A stretch of 62,797 nucleotides of DNA, filler included, from Octopus bimaculoides (Eukaryota): NCBI RefSeq assembly GCF_001194135.2. It is 4 parts of 4 records of this genome, joined end to end, with 100 filler letters (N's around TTAATTAATTAA, not from the genome) between each part and the next. Parts side by side here need not be neighbours in the genome. Positions count along the whole stretch, not along the records: positions 24,552 to 52,072 come from NC_068986.1; 3 more parts are not named here. One strand, written 5' to 3'. Positions 38,180 through 50,797 of the stretch are shown one piece after another. Under the pieces are notes generated by a model that worked only from the letters and a program-made list of their open reading frames with translations, was not told the origin of the DNA and made no database searches. The translations under genes and the position numbers were made by a program. Each line of letters opens with the position of its first letter. Position 1 is the first letter of the stretch.

Positions 38180-38720
38180 GAGTGAGAAAGCAGCTCATGA
38201 CACCAGAGTGACACTGAGATACAAATATATAAAGCCCAATATACCTATCATAACTACCTGTCTGACAAGGGTACACCAGGCATATGCATCACAATCATAT
38301 GTGCACAACATGGTGATCTCATATCAAGATAAACAGTGCATGACCTTGCAGGTGGAGCCCAGTTAGAATTTTCTTCAGGTCAAGTTGATCATCTGACTCA
38401 AAAGGTCCCTGAATAAGGTCTGTTTAAGGATGATGTACGAAACACCCATGTTTCCAGAGATGAATTATTCAAAACCTAAAGAATTCCTCCCAACACATGG
38501 CTATGGTGCTTCCTGACTATTTCTACTTGTGATCAGAGGTGCACATATCATCAGCCACCAAGGGACATGTTTAACTGGTTAAGGTCAAGCAACTGACAAG
38601 CATATCTATGGTATTGAGCAGAATATTTGCTGTAGACCATCTTTTATACCAAGACAAAATAATGTACACTTCCAATCAGTTAAGATCAAAAGCCATGGGG
38701 GCCACTGCCTGGTACTGTAT
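38180..38720 (-). mobile_element. ~540-bp non-coding interspersed element between (TAT)n and (CAT)n tracts
   Basis: Complex sequence with no long ORF, sharply bounded by microsatellites. The strand is inferred from the (AAT)n at the 38180 end. Confidence 0.5.
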
Positions 38721-38744
38721 CATCATCATCATCATTATTATTAA

Positions 38745-38942
38745 GGCAGAACTAACAGAATTCTTAGAATATCGGGAAAATTGCTTAGTGATATTTCTTG
38801 CAACTCTTTATGTTCTGAGTCCAAATTCTATCTAGCTGACTTTACCTTTCATCCTTTTAGGGTCTTTACTACTTGAGCACTGGGATTCATGTAACTGACT
38901 TAGCCTGACCTCTAAAATTGCTGGCCTCATACCAAAGTCTGA

Positions 38943-38945
<3 letters not shown>
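38745..38945 (+). mobile_element. SINE family A, CpG-decayed
   Basis: Similar to the other family A copies. Confidence 0.8.
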
Positions 38946-39000
<55 letters not shown>

Positions 39001-39144
39001 GCAAAGATATAGACAAATGGCTGAAGGAGATTGAAATAGAATGACCGGTGGAGCTCCTACAGAACATTCATCTCTTAGGGACAGCGAGGATTATCAGGAG
39101 GGTTCTAAGCACTTGAAAGATGGTCAAAAACTGTTGTGTGTATA

Positions 39145-39146
<2 letters not shown>
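39001..39146 (+). mobile_element. Extreme 3' fragment of an R4/Dong-clade element inside an (AAT)n array
   Basis: DIDKWLKEIEIE*PVELLQNIHLLGTARIIRRVLST*, with (AAT)n at 38943-39000 and 39147-39200. Confidence 0.85.
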
Positions 39147-39192
<46 letters not shown>

Positions 39193-39619
39193 TTAATAAT
39201 AATATTAATAAGATTTTGGTCATCCCAAGGCTATGAGAGAAGACACTTGCCCTAAATGCACATAGAAGAATTGAACCTGGAACCACAGGGTTGTAGAGAA
39301 AACTTCTTAACCATACAGCATGCTTACATCCTGTTCTAAGCTCGTTTTTTAACCTGTATGACAACAGCTTGTATTTGCTGAGCTTACAAGATCTGTCAGT
39401 TAAGAGGTGAGAAAGAATGAAAATGGGTTTACTGACATAGGTAGTCAACAGAGAAGTAATAGTTTCTCAATAAATTATCTAACATGAATTACCAATAAGC
39501 CTCTACATAATCCTTCAAACTGCAAGAAATAGCTGCCAACTATCTTTTAAATCACACCTTACCATATTAAAGGAAGCAGAACACATTAGATAATGTAGTC
39601 TCTGATACCTTTAATCTTT

Positions 39620-39875
39620 TATCTTTTATCTTTTACTAGTTTCAGTCATTAGACAACAGCCATCCTGGGTCACTGTATAGAAGAATTTTTAGTCAAATGA
39701 ATTGACCCCAGTGCTTTTTTTTTTCATAAGCCTGGTACTTATTCCATCATTCTCTTTTGCCAAGCTACTAAGTTATGGAGATGTAAACACACCAACACTG
39801 GTTGTCAAGTGGTGGTGGGGACAAGTGCAGACACATATATGTATATATATATGTGTGTGTCTGTATATATGTGTT

Positions 39876-39920
<45 letters not shown>

Positions 39921-40092
39921 ATATATTCATACACACATACAACAAGCTACTTTCAGTTTTTGTCAACCAAATCCACTCACAAGGCTTTGATCATTCCAAG
40001 GCTATAAGAGAAAGCACATTGCCCAATGTGTCACACAGTGGGACTGAACTTGAAACCATGTAGTTCAGAAGCAAGCTTCTTACCACACAGCC
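39620..40092 (-). mobile_element. Full-length SINE family C with internal (TA)n/(TG)n, CpG-decayed
   Basis: Aligns to 7233-7667 with CpG changed to TpG/CpA. Confidence 0.9.
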
Positions 40093-40614
40093 CAATATAC
40101 AAAAAAAAAAAAGATAAGAAAATGAGATGGTCAAGGCTGGAATGTCTTTGATTATATGTCTGCTTGATGAGAGTTGACCTGGGGCTAAACGATAACCAGA
40201 GAGTGTGTAGAACTGTGGGTAATTTAATGCAAAGAGAGATAAGGTGAGGAAGCACTGATCTGCTACTACTCCTATAAGGCGTTTGAGACAATGACATCAT
40301 TAACAGTGAATGAGAAAGAAAATCCAGAGTCATTGGAAAACGAGCAGAAGAGAAGATTAATTGGTGTAAACTGATGAAAATTGCATAAGTTTCAATTACT
40401 ACTCCACTGGGTTTCTATAGGCCAAATAAGATAGCCAGGATTTGTTGTTGTTGTTGTTGTTGTATAGCTTCTCTACCACCACCACCTCTGCCGCCGCCGC
40501 CNNNNNNNNNNCCACCACCACCAAGTCAGCTATGATCGAGTAGACTCAGCAAGAAGTTGGGGTTGTTGAAGTTACTGCAGATGATGATTGAAGAGATAGA
40601 TAGATAGATAGATT

Positions 40615-40675
<61 letters not shown>

Positions 40676-41479
40676 TTAGATTGATAGATTGATAGATAGA
40701 TAGAGAGAGGGAAAGAGAGAGAGAGAGAAAAAGAGAGAGAAGAGAGAGGGATTAGAGAGTTTCACTTTAATAGAAAATTTGATATCGATTTGGATTTGTT
40801 TGATTTAGAGAAAAATAAAAATGAAAATAAAAACAACTACAATTTAATATCATTTTTTTTTTTTTTATATATACAGTTTTAAAATTTAACAGAATAATAA
40901 TGCTACTGAATAAATATTTTCAGGATCTCGTGTACAGAGGCTTTTTACCATCAACTCAAGGCATCTTTCAACTCCACATGCATCATTATCTCTCACTTCG
41001 TATGACTATATCAATAGTCTAGCAATAATCTCTTTCCCGCCCTCCTTCTTTCTTTCCTTCTTCCTTTCTCTCCTTCTTTCTTTCTTTCTTTCTTTCTTTC
41101 TCCTTCGTGCAGTTGCTAATACTTTTCCTGCACAGTCACTTCCATTCAACAGTATCTTGCGAGATTAGACTGTATATCGAGTTAATCATATCTCTCCTGT
41201 TTCTCTCTCTCTCTTAATTCCTGCTGGTTTTACACACTCTCTTTCCATCTTTTTACTGCCATACTCCATCAAAACTTCTTACACACATTCAATACTGACT
41301 AACTTTCATTCAAGGTAAAACAAAAAAAAAACAAAAAAAAAAAAAAGAGAAACCTATCAATCATGGCCAACAAAGTTAGAAGTTCTGAGCAGTGTTTTCC
41401 TCTCCCTCAAATTATCATATTGCTCTCCTGTCCACCTTCATAAGTCCTTCATCACCACCACCACCACCACCACTACCAC

Positions 41480-41511
<32 letters not shown>

Positions 41512-42029
41512 CCATTGGTTTATGCTTGCTTGTCCCTGCTGGCATAGACTGGATAGGATTTTGTAATAGTATTTTACTGCTAGATATCCTTTGTGTTACC
41601 AACCCTCTTAGTTAATATCACACACAGGGACACAGTGTACCTGTTCTCAAACCAAGATACACTTTGCAAAAATCCTCACTACTATGAATATAAGCTTTTG
41701 AAGAATATAGGTTCTGAAGAATATAGGATCTAAATCAATGATTCTTGGCCCTTTTCTAACTCAGTGGTTCCTTTCACTAAATGATGTTTAAAGAGATCAT
41801 CTTTCTATGAAAAAAAAAAAACCCAGTAGATTATCCTTTTAATAGATATAAGCTAATTTTACTCAGTGGATTATTACATATATTTTCTAAAACTAATCCA
41901 TCCAGTATGTGTCACCTTTTACATATTTACATGGATTAATGCCAATTATGCTAATATTTAGGGAAATTACAAAAGAAGGTGAGAACATATTTAATGAAAT
42001 TTAATTTAGATTTATACTATTATCATATA

Positions 42030-42478
42030 TCTTTTGTCTTTTATTTGTTTCAGTCATTGGACTGTGGCCATGCTGGAGCACTGCCTTGAAGAATTTCAAT
42101 CAAATGAATTGATGCCAGTACTTATTTTTCTTTATGCCTGCTACTTACTCTATTGGTCTCTTTTACCACATTAAGTTATAGTAGTGTAAACACACCAACA
42201 ACAGTTATCACGTGGTAGTAGGAGACAAACAGACACAAAGACACACATACACACTCACACACACACACATACACGCATGCACACATGCACGCATGCACAT
42301 ACACACACGTGCACATGCACACACACACACACACAGAATTCCTGTCTGTTGAATCCACTACCTAGGCTTTAGTCGATCTGAGGCTATAGTAGAAGACACT
42401 TGTCCAAGGTGCCATGCAGTGGAACTGAACCTGGAACCATGTGGTTGGGAAACTAACTTCTTACCATACATCCACGGC
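42030..42478 (-). mobile_element. Full-length SINE family C with internal (CA)n, CpG-decayed
   Basis: Aligns to 7233-7667. Confidence 0.9.
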
Positions 42479-42949
42479 TCCAAATAAAAAAATTAAAAAT
42501 TAGAACAACATTGCAATTTAAATTAAAATATTCGAAACTGTATTAATAGTTTTAACAAAACATACATCCATATATCAATATTTTACTACCTTTAAAATAA
42601 GAATAAAAGAATCATATATAAAAAGAATTTAGAATATTCAACAAATCATTTGTCATCAACAGTGTTAATATTCACCTTTCCATGCTTGCATGCATCAGAC
42701 AGAGTCATTGCGGTAGATTTTTTACAACTGTATGCTCTTCCTGTTGCCAACCCTCAACTGTTTCCAATCAAAGTAATATATTTCCCCCGTGGCTTTAGAT
42801 TAGAAATGAATGTGATGTCAAGACAAGGGGATAAAACACAGACACACGTCCATACACACACAAACATACACATACATACACATACACATATGTGTATGTA
42901 TGTATGTATGTATGTATGTATTGTGGAAAATTAAGTAACTGGTACTCTC

Positions 42950-43235
42950 TCAGTGATGACAATGAGTGTTTCAGTTGATCCAATCAATGGAACAGCCTGC
43001 TCATGAAATCAATATGTAAGTGGCTGAGCACTCCACAGACACATGTACCCTTAACATAGTTCTCAGGGAGATTCAGCATGACACAGAATGAGATAACGCT
43101 GGCCCTTTGAATTACAGTTACAACTCATTTTTGGTAGCTGAGTGAAATGGAGCAATTTATGCTGCCATAAATTGAACTCAGAACTTTATGACTGAAATCC
43201 AAATATCCTAACCACTAAGCCATGTGCCTTCACTC
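42950..43235 (-). mobile_element. SINE family B remnant
   Basis: Reverse complement of 1310-1455 (GTTGATCCAATCAATGGAACAGCCTGCTCATGAAAT...), plus head remnant CACTAAGCCATGTGCCT. Confidence 0.8.
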
Positions 43236-43764
43236 CACTTATAGTGGAACACTAAGATAAACACCAGTATTAATATTTAGTTCCTACATTGCAGTTATTT
43301 AGAACTCAGCATTGGGGATTCCAAGTGCATTTGGATGCCTAACTGCAATAGATCATCAGGGGCACACTTTTTTACATCCTGCTATAGAAATCTAATATAT
43401 GTATATGATAGGTTAATTTCAGTTTCCATCTACCCAATCCATTCACAAGGCTTTGATTGGCCCTGGGCTATAGTATAAGACACTTGCCCAAGATACTATG
43501 CAGTATTCAATAACTCTACCTAGTATCTATTAAGTAGTTCTATCTATTAAATTACCAATAAATATTCTGCTTTGTTTAAATATTTCATTTTTTAAGAAAA
43601 TACTTCTAAGAAAAATCACAGCTCTTCTTAAATAATAACTTCAATGAAAAAATATCTTAGAACACAATAAAATTTGAGAGCCATTAAATTAGAATATATT
43701 TGGTGCAGAGTAATTCAGAAGTTAATTTAGTATTTAAACAATGTCTTTTATTGTTTTTCTTGTT

Positions 43765-44480
43765 TATTGGAGGACTTTTTGGGGATTTTTTTGTCTCTGG
43801 CTCAAAGTGATGAACCCAAGAATCATCCTAGCTTAGGAAACATTAAAGGAAACCAGCTGGATCTGCCTCAAACAATGTCAGATTTTCTTCTGTGAGATCA
43901 GCTTGTAGCACTTTTGACCATGTTTCAGAAAACGTGGTACCCACCAAGCAGAAACTTTTGTCATACCAAGTTTATTGTGCAGAATATTCTCTACTTTCTC
44001 ACGGGGTGTGCTAATAGCATTGATTATTTGATTTATAGACAATTGCCTGTCATCCATCACCATATGGTGAACATGATCAATGTTTCCTGTAGTGGTGCCA
44101 GACGCAGGACATCTAGACTTTGAGTCATTTTCAAGACTGTTCCTTCCCCTCCTTAATTCAGCTGCCTATATTTGCACTGTTCATAAAGCTGGGACATCAT
44201 CCCCCTAATGTAGCAATCATGTCAGCATGAGTGTCCTTAGGAGCTAAATCTTTTTTCTGTAGATATTTGAAAACAGCGCAATGCCAAATGTTGTCTATTT
44301 TCAAGAGAAGTCACAACTTGTTACATTTGAAGTTTTCTTTCAACAGTCAGATATCAGTTTACCAGGAAAGAAGCAATGCAGTTATCGATAAGAAGAGTTG
44401 AAGTTAATGCATGCAAGATTTCACAGCTCTAGCATCACTCCTTCATAATCAGTCTGTGAACTTTTCCACCAACCCTCATG
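43765..44480 (-). pseudogene. mariner (DD34D-type) transposase 5' half with left TIR
   Basis: VFKYLQKKDLAPKDTHADMIATLG, MVMDDRQLSINQI...LGMTKVSAWWVPRFL (WVP motif), FLS*DDSWVHHFEPETK (first D). TIR-like TGAGGGTTGGTGGAAAAGTTCACAGACT lies at 44478-44451. Confidence 0.9.
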
Positions 44481-46289
44481 TGTGTGTGTGTGTGTATGTG
44501 TATGTGTGTGTAATGGATTTCTTTTGGCTTCTATCTGCTAACTCTACTCACAAGGCTTTGATTGACCCAGAGCTATACTAGTTAACACTTGCCCAAAGTG
44601 CCACACAGTGGGACTGAACCTGGAATCATGTGGTAGGGAAATAAAAATTTTTATTTGTTTATTTTTATATATTTTAATATTCTCTTTGCTGTGAATATCT
44701 TTAAATAATATATATCAAAATTATATATATAAACATTAGAAAGCTGTCATTATCATACGATGGGAGAATATTTATCTATACTATAAATTGCAGTGTTCTT
44801 GATTGCTTGATTGATTGAGTGTTGACAGATTCACTCGAGAATGGTGCAGTGGAATCGCGTGAAATTCAGAACAGAGCGGCAGCATGGTCCGCTCATGTTC
44901 AGGAGATTTTTATTGCCCTCCAACTCCCATGGTTACCGAGATAATCGATTATTACTTTTTAAGATAGGAATATCCCATTCAAAGTGGAGAGGGGCGATTT
45001 TGTTGCCTTTCCCAGGCGTGAAATTTTACGAAAAACCAGCTCAATAAAGATTATTTTTTTCCAAGTAATGTGGCTGGGTTTGTTTTTCGAAAATTTTAAT
45101 CAGAGGCACAGAAAAAAAATAATTTCAATTTTTTGTGCATTAAAAAGCCAGAGCTGTTAGACGCTGGCGTACAGTGATCAATATATACGCAGTGAATGTT
45201 TTCTCCATTTGCGTGCAATAAGGCTTAGGGCAAGCGAGTGTAACATCAAAATAACTTGAAAAGAATGCATGTGGGAATGCTGTTCTAATGAATGCTCATT
45301 TAAATGTATTTTGCATGGAGTTGATGTACTTTTTAACTGGAGAGGAGTGCCTGCAGGCTGGTTCTTCTCAAGTTTATGCATTTTTAGGTTCAGTGTGTTT
45401 CAAATAAGTACTGACAATTGAAGGTGATTGCAAAGACAAAGAACTACCTGTTTTTTTTTAACAATTTTTACAGTGAGAACATTGGACAAAATATGTTATT
45501 GACATTAATAGTTTGTACCTCAGCTAATTACTGTTGAGAACTGCATAATCCATGTGTCATGTTAGAGATCTAAAAGGCATTTTCGAATTTCATTATTTTT
45601 TTTAATCCAGGCAACGTTAGATATTTCTGCTAGTTATCCTAAAAAATGGCATACTATAATGGTAATCCTGCTCAATAGTCTGGGCATACCTTGATCAACA
45701 TGGAGGAAACCAGCAACTGCAACTATATGGTAAAGCTATTTCTGAAGGCACAACCCATAAAAGAGTATAAGCAAGAGAGAAAATAAGACATGTGGGACGT
45801 ATCCATGTTTCTGAATCCTTACCAAAAGGATTACTTCCAGATTCACTTTATTCTTCCATCGGTTTTGCCTCAATTTTATAGATAGTTCCCTTACATACAA
45901 AACAAATCTTTTTAATATTTTGGACTAATGGGTATATGTCAATTAGTGTGTTGAAGTGTTTCGTAGAGCACTGGCACAGTTTGGTTTACCTGGTGTCATC
46001 CACAGTCAAGGTATATTGCTGTTAGATCTACTTCAGGAATTCTGCAGTATTAGTTGAGATAATAATAATAATTTCTTAAGTAACCAGAAGATGGCTTTGG
46101 TATTAATCTTTATTTTGTACAACAGTCATTTCGCCCCATCCCGCTACTGTCCCTTATGGGTGGGATTCCATTCAACATGTTATGTTGCATCCATTTTGCA
46201 GTCTGGGTCTCATCATACATAAAGCTTTGTCTCACTAAAGGTCCTGAATTTTGGTTGTCATGTTGTTATATGCCCATCTGGTTAGGGAA

Positions 46290-46480
46290 TGAAACATTGC
46301 TACAATTTTCATAGTGTATAAGTCATGAAGATAACTACATTACTACTGAACAGGATGCTAGTCCATCACAGGTTTACTCACTTCCAGCTGAGTGGATTGG
46401 AGAAAGGCCAGTCCGGGAATCGAACTCACTACCTCATGATTGTGAGCTTGATGCTCTAACCACTATGTCATGCGCCTTCA
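46290..46480 (-). mobile_element. tRNA-derived SINE remnant
   Basis: Similar to 36806-37040. Confidence 0.7.
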
Positions 46481-47540
46481 TTGGCATAAAGCAACAGTAA
46501 AAAACACTGGCTCAAAGTGCCTACTAAAAAGAATTGGACTCGTGACCACATTACTGTTAAGTGAAGTTAACCACATAGCCATTCCAACACCTTTATATCA
46601 AAACAATTATAAATTATCCCTCATTTACATCTGTGCGACAACTGGTTTGGTTTCAGCAGAATTAAAACAGATTTTCTCCTGTTGCTAACCATTGGTCACA
46701 TACTGATATCAGTTAAGTCACAAATGATGGCAGACATGAGAAATGTTCAGCATCTGACACTAATCCCCTGGATTAGTAGGTTTCTTTCAGTACATGTTAA
46801 TGGTGAACTCTTAAATTTTGCTTTTATCTAGTTATGTGTGCTTCGAAGCTCAGTGGCCTCTTTGATAATCATCTCAACATGGAAGGCCATTTTGTAGTTG
46901 CTTGGTCTGCTAGAAATAGCTCCCCATTCTCCCTCAGATCATACTCTACTTGCTTAAAAAGAATACATCAGAGAATGTGATTCTATATATATTATATCAA
47001 AACAAAAAGTCAGGGACTGTCATGACTGGAAAATCTTTGATCATAGATCTGTTGAGTCAGAGCTGGCCTGTGGCTAAACAATAACAACTTGACTTACTGT
47101 CATTTCTAACAATATCATTGCTTATACATTTGATATCACACACCTTAACACTTTCTCTCTTACTCTCCTATACACAAGACTGGTTTGATACCGCCTACCA
47201 GGCCTCTACATTCTCCATGACCAGTGACCTAAAAAATTTCTACAAGGTATCTAGAGCTTAGTTTCATTTAACTTCATAAAAGTAAAGATATTATCTATCT
47301 TGAGAAAATAATCTCTCAACACTGCATTTTCATTAATCATGAACAATACACAGCCAAATCCATTCTCTTTTCTTCAAATATGAGACTTTATTATTCAGAA
47401 TAACATTTCATGGTGACCGCATAGTCTTCACATTGCTAAGACAGCTTTATAAAAGCTGGATTACTGTTCACAGTGAGAAAATGTCTCAAAAGAAAAATTT
47501 ATGCTCACAAGAACACTGTTTCACAATGAATCTATGCACC

Positions 47541-47595
<55 letters not shown>

Positions 47596-48314
47596 CACAC
47601 ACACACACACATGCACACACACACACACACACACACATTTTTATCTCAATTCAAGAAAATTCATATACTCAAAAGGCAAGTTTTTAATAAAATCCCAAGT
47701 ATTCTACATCTTTAAAGTTCACTATTAGACTGAATCAATTCTTATGTCTCTTCTATTTCCCTGGATAAGCCAGTGAGGGGGGTCACAATATGGTTGCTCA
47801 ATTTGTTAGAAATAACAGCCAAATCTCCAAATTACATAATATATTTTCTTAAAGGATACCTTACACAAAGCTGTCTCTATTTTACAAAATGACAGAACAG
47901 TCATGGTTGAAGTATCTTTGCTCATGAATCTAGTTGAACAAAACCGACCTGATGCTAGACAACAACTTCTCCAGAATTGTTGATAGTGTACTGTATCCAC
48001 CTTGGCTTACTTATCTTAGGCTGTGAGAGATTAATGTATGAAAGAAGGAGCTAGAACAGTGCAGGTTTGTTGCTGGAGAGGAGCTACATGGCTACTCACT
48101 TGATAGTAGAGTGGGTGGTAGTAATCAGACTGGAACTGGAAAGAGGGATAAAATAGCCCTGCTTTGGTTACTCTCACTCATTCTTCTATGTGAGTAGATA
48201 ATAAATAAAGCACAGGACCATACATTTAACAAAACTGTAAATAATAAACATTTAATTAATATATATATACAAATAAGTTTTATCTTTTTAATTCAGCTTT
48301 TATATATTGTAAGA

Positions 48315-48435
48315 AGCTTGGTTCTGGGTTCAGCCTCACTGCATGGCACCTTGGGCAAGTGTCTTCTACTATAGCCTCAGTCCAGCTAAAGCCTTATGAG
48401 TGGATTTGGTAGACAGAAACTGAAAAAAGCCCATC

Positions 48436-48495
<60 letters not shown>
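48315..48495 (+). mobile_element. SINE family C head running into (TG)n and an assembly gap
   Basis: GGTTCAGCCTCACTGCATGGCACCTTGGGCAAGTGTC...AAAGCCCATCATATATGTGTG. Confidence 0.85.
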
Positions 48496-49029
48496 NNNNN
48501 NNNNNNNNNNNNNNNNNNNNNNNNNNNNNNNNNNNNNNNNNNNNNNNNNNNNNNNNNNNNNNNNNNNNNNNNNNNNNNNNNNNNNNNNNNNNNNNNNNNN
48601 NNNNNNNNNNNNNNNNNNNNNNNNNNNNNNNNNNNNNNNNNNNNNNNNNNNNNNNNNNNNNNNNNNNNNNNNNNNNNNNNNNNNNNNTATATATATATTT
48701 AGTTCAATTAGGCACTTAAATTGAGGCACCTTCTTAGGATGAATTAATTTGCACACTCAGACAATATCAGGTGAGTATCAAACTCTATGCAGAATTTTTT
48801 TCTCACACTGATATTCTTGCAGTATATGCAGATAGCATGATCTAACTTAGTGAATAAATCCGCTCTTGTTTGTTCAGACATGTACTTTATGTAAAGATAC
48901 TTTTCCTAATGGCGGTGCCCCAGCATGGCAGCAGCCTCAGGGCTAAAACACATAAAAGAATAATACTTCTGAAGTGCAGATTCCAGAGTAGTTTGTAGTC
49001 CATTTATATATATACATATATATATATCT

Positions 49030-49300
49030 GTACGTCTGTGTTTTTGTGTCTCTATTTCTTCACCATCACTACTTGACAACCAGTGCTGGTGTGTTTACGT
49101 ACCCATAACTTACCGGTCTAGCAAAAGGGAGTGATAGATTAAGTACCAGACTTAACAAAAATAAGTACTACGGTCGATTCATTTGACTAAAAGTTCCTCA
49201 AGGCAGTGCCCCAGCCTAACCCTAACCCTAACCCTAACCCTAACCCTAACCTTCAAGACATGGTGCAGTCCAATGAGTGAAACTAGAAACAGGTAAAAGA
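49030..49300 (+). mobile_element. SINE family C 3' half interrupted by a telomeric repeat
   Basis: Matches 3875-4090 apart from the insert at 49216-49259. Confidence 0.85.
49215..49251 (-). repeat. Interstitial telomeric repeat, six perfect CCTAAC units (TTAGGG on the minus strand)
   Basis: Seen directly in the sequence. Confidence 0.95.
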
Positions 49301-49929
49301 AAAAAATTACTAACTAGAATTTGAGGAAACTATTCATGGTTTGTATCAACAATAGTCATTTTTACTCTTAAATCTCAGATCAACCTTAATCAGACAGAAC
49401 CATGATCAAAGACGTTGCAGTTGTGACCTTCCCATCTGTTTCCTATGAGTAGACAACTATGGACCAGTTTTTATTTTAAACATGTCCATTTTTTTTTTTT
49501 AGGATAGTAGGGTGTGTGACTTGAGGAAGATCTATCTGCTATTTCTAGCAAGCAAGGTGACCATGTAAAGACAGGTCCTTCATTGGATCACATCAGCAAA
49601 AATTAATACAGGTGATAGGTAGACTCAATAGTTGCTCTATTTAACATTATTGCTTAGCCTTAGTATACTTTTAGTAGAGGCCACTCTAGATCTAAGGATT
49701 TAAGAATCAGACTCCCTTTCTCCTATGAGTTTCTGATCCTTGCAAAAGGATCATGAATGCTGCCTTTCCTCTTATCCCTAATCTATAATGAACAAATAAA
49801 AGAAAAATCAAGTTGTGTGGGTAAGAAGTTTGCTTCACAGTAACATGGTTTTCGGTTCAGTCTTATCAGGAGGCACTTTAGGCAAGCCTTGTGAGTGGAT
49901 TTGTTAAGTAGAAACTGAGACAAGCCTGT

Positions 49930-49974
<45 letters not shown>

Positions 49975-50044
49975 ATGTGTGTGCCTGTGTTTCCTTGTCT
50001 TGACAATGTGTGATAGCTGTAAATGAACGTTGCTGTCATACAAG

Positions 50045-50285
50045 TAGTGTCATTCATTTCCATCCTCCGAGGTACAAGTCCAGGCCAGGTTGTTTATGGA
50101 AGACCAGCAGTCATCCATTCATACCAGCCTCCCCTCTTCATGCTACCCATTTTATCCAAGGGAAAGACAAAGGCCAACAACACAGCTTGGCACCAGTGAT
50201 GTCACAACTCATTTCTACAGCTGAGGGAATTGGAGCAATGTGAAATAAAGTGTCTTGCTCAAGAACACAGCACACAGTCTGGTCT
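50045..50285 (-). mobile_element. SINE-related retroposon remnant
   Basis: CAGCTGAG...GGAGCAATGTGAAATAAAGTGTCTTGCTCAAGAACAC is shared with 36905-36960. Confidence 0.7.
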
Positions 50286-50668
50286 GGGAGGTAGGATATG
50301 GCTAATTTAAATGCTAATGGCTTAAACCCAGTATAATGTTTCATAGTCATGTGGCTAGTAACTAAACTGGCTCCCCAAACTTGCTTGCCAGGTGAGGAGT
50401 GTGTTGTGGACACTCTGCAGGACAGGTAAGCTCATTGTGAGTCAATGGCCATCCATACAAGTGACACCTTGTAAAAATATCCTGCATGTGTGCTAGCAGA
50501 CCATGCAGCAGGTCCAAGACCATAGTCAAGAAAATTCCAATGAAAACAATACTGTACTCTGAAGTTGGAGTTTGATATCTACGAATGATGTAGTGCAGAG
50601 CAAAGAAGAGAACCAGTGGTATCCCTCAATGGGTGAGTAACCTTATTGACTTTGAAGGAAACAGGATG

Positions 50669-50797
50669 TATGAGGGAAGTGCTGAAAAGTTCCTGGCTTT
50701 AAGGGTATTGAAAGGGGAGAGCAGTTACCTTTACAGGAGTGACTGCTCTACCCTTTTGATACCTTTAAAGCCTGGAATTTTTTAGTACCCCCTTGTA
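50669..50797. mobile_element. mariner-type MITE, 129 bp including both TA, near-palindromic
   Basis: The left end TATGAGGGAAGTGCTGAAAAGTTCCTGGCTTTAAGGGTAT matches the reverse complement of the right end (TACAAGGGGGTACTAAAAAATTCCAGGCTTTAAAGGTAT). There is a TA at both ends, and an empty site in the adjacent duplicate. Confidence 0.9.

Noticed and set aside
40922-41010. Plus-strand exon after TATTTTCAG
   Set aside because: The acceptor is plausible, but the donor is weak and none of the three frames gives a recognisable peptide.
45110-45240. BTB-domain exon (minus-strand YFDVTLAC)
   Set aside because: The similarity stops after about seven residues, the frame ends in a stop, and I see no donor site.
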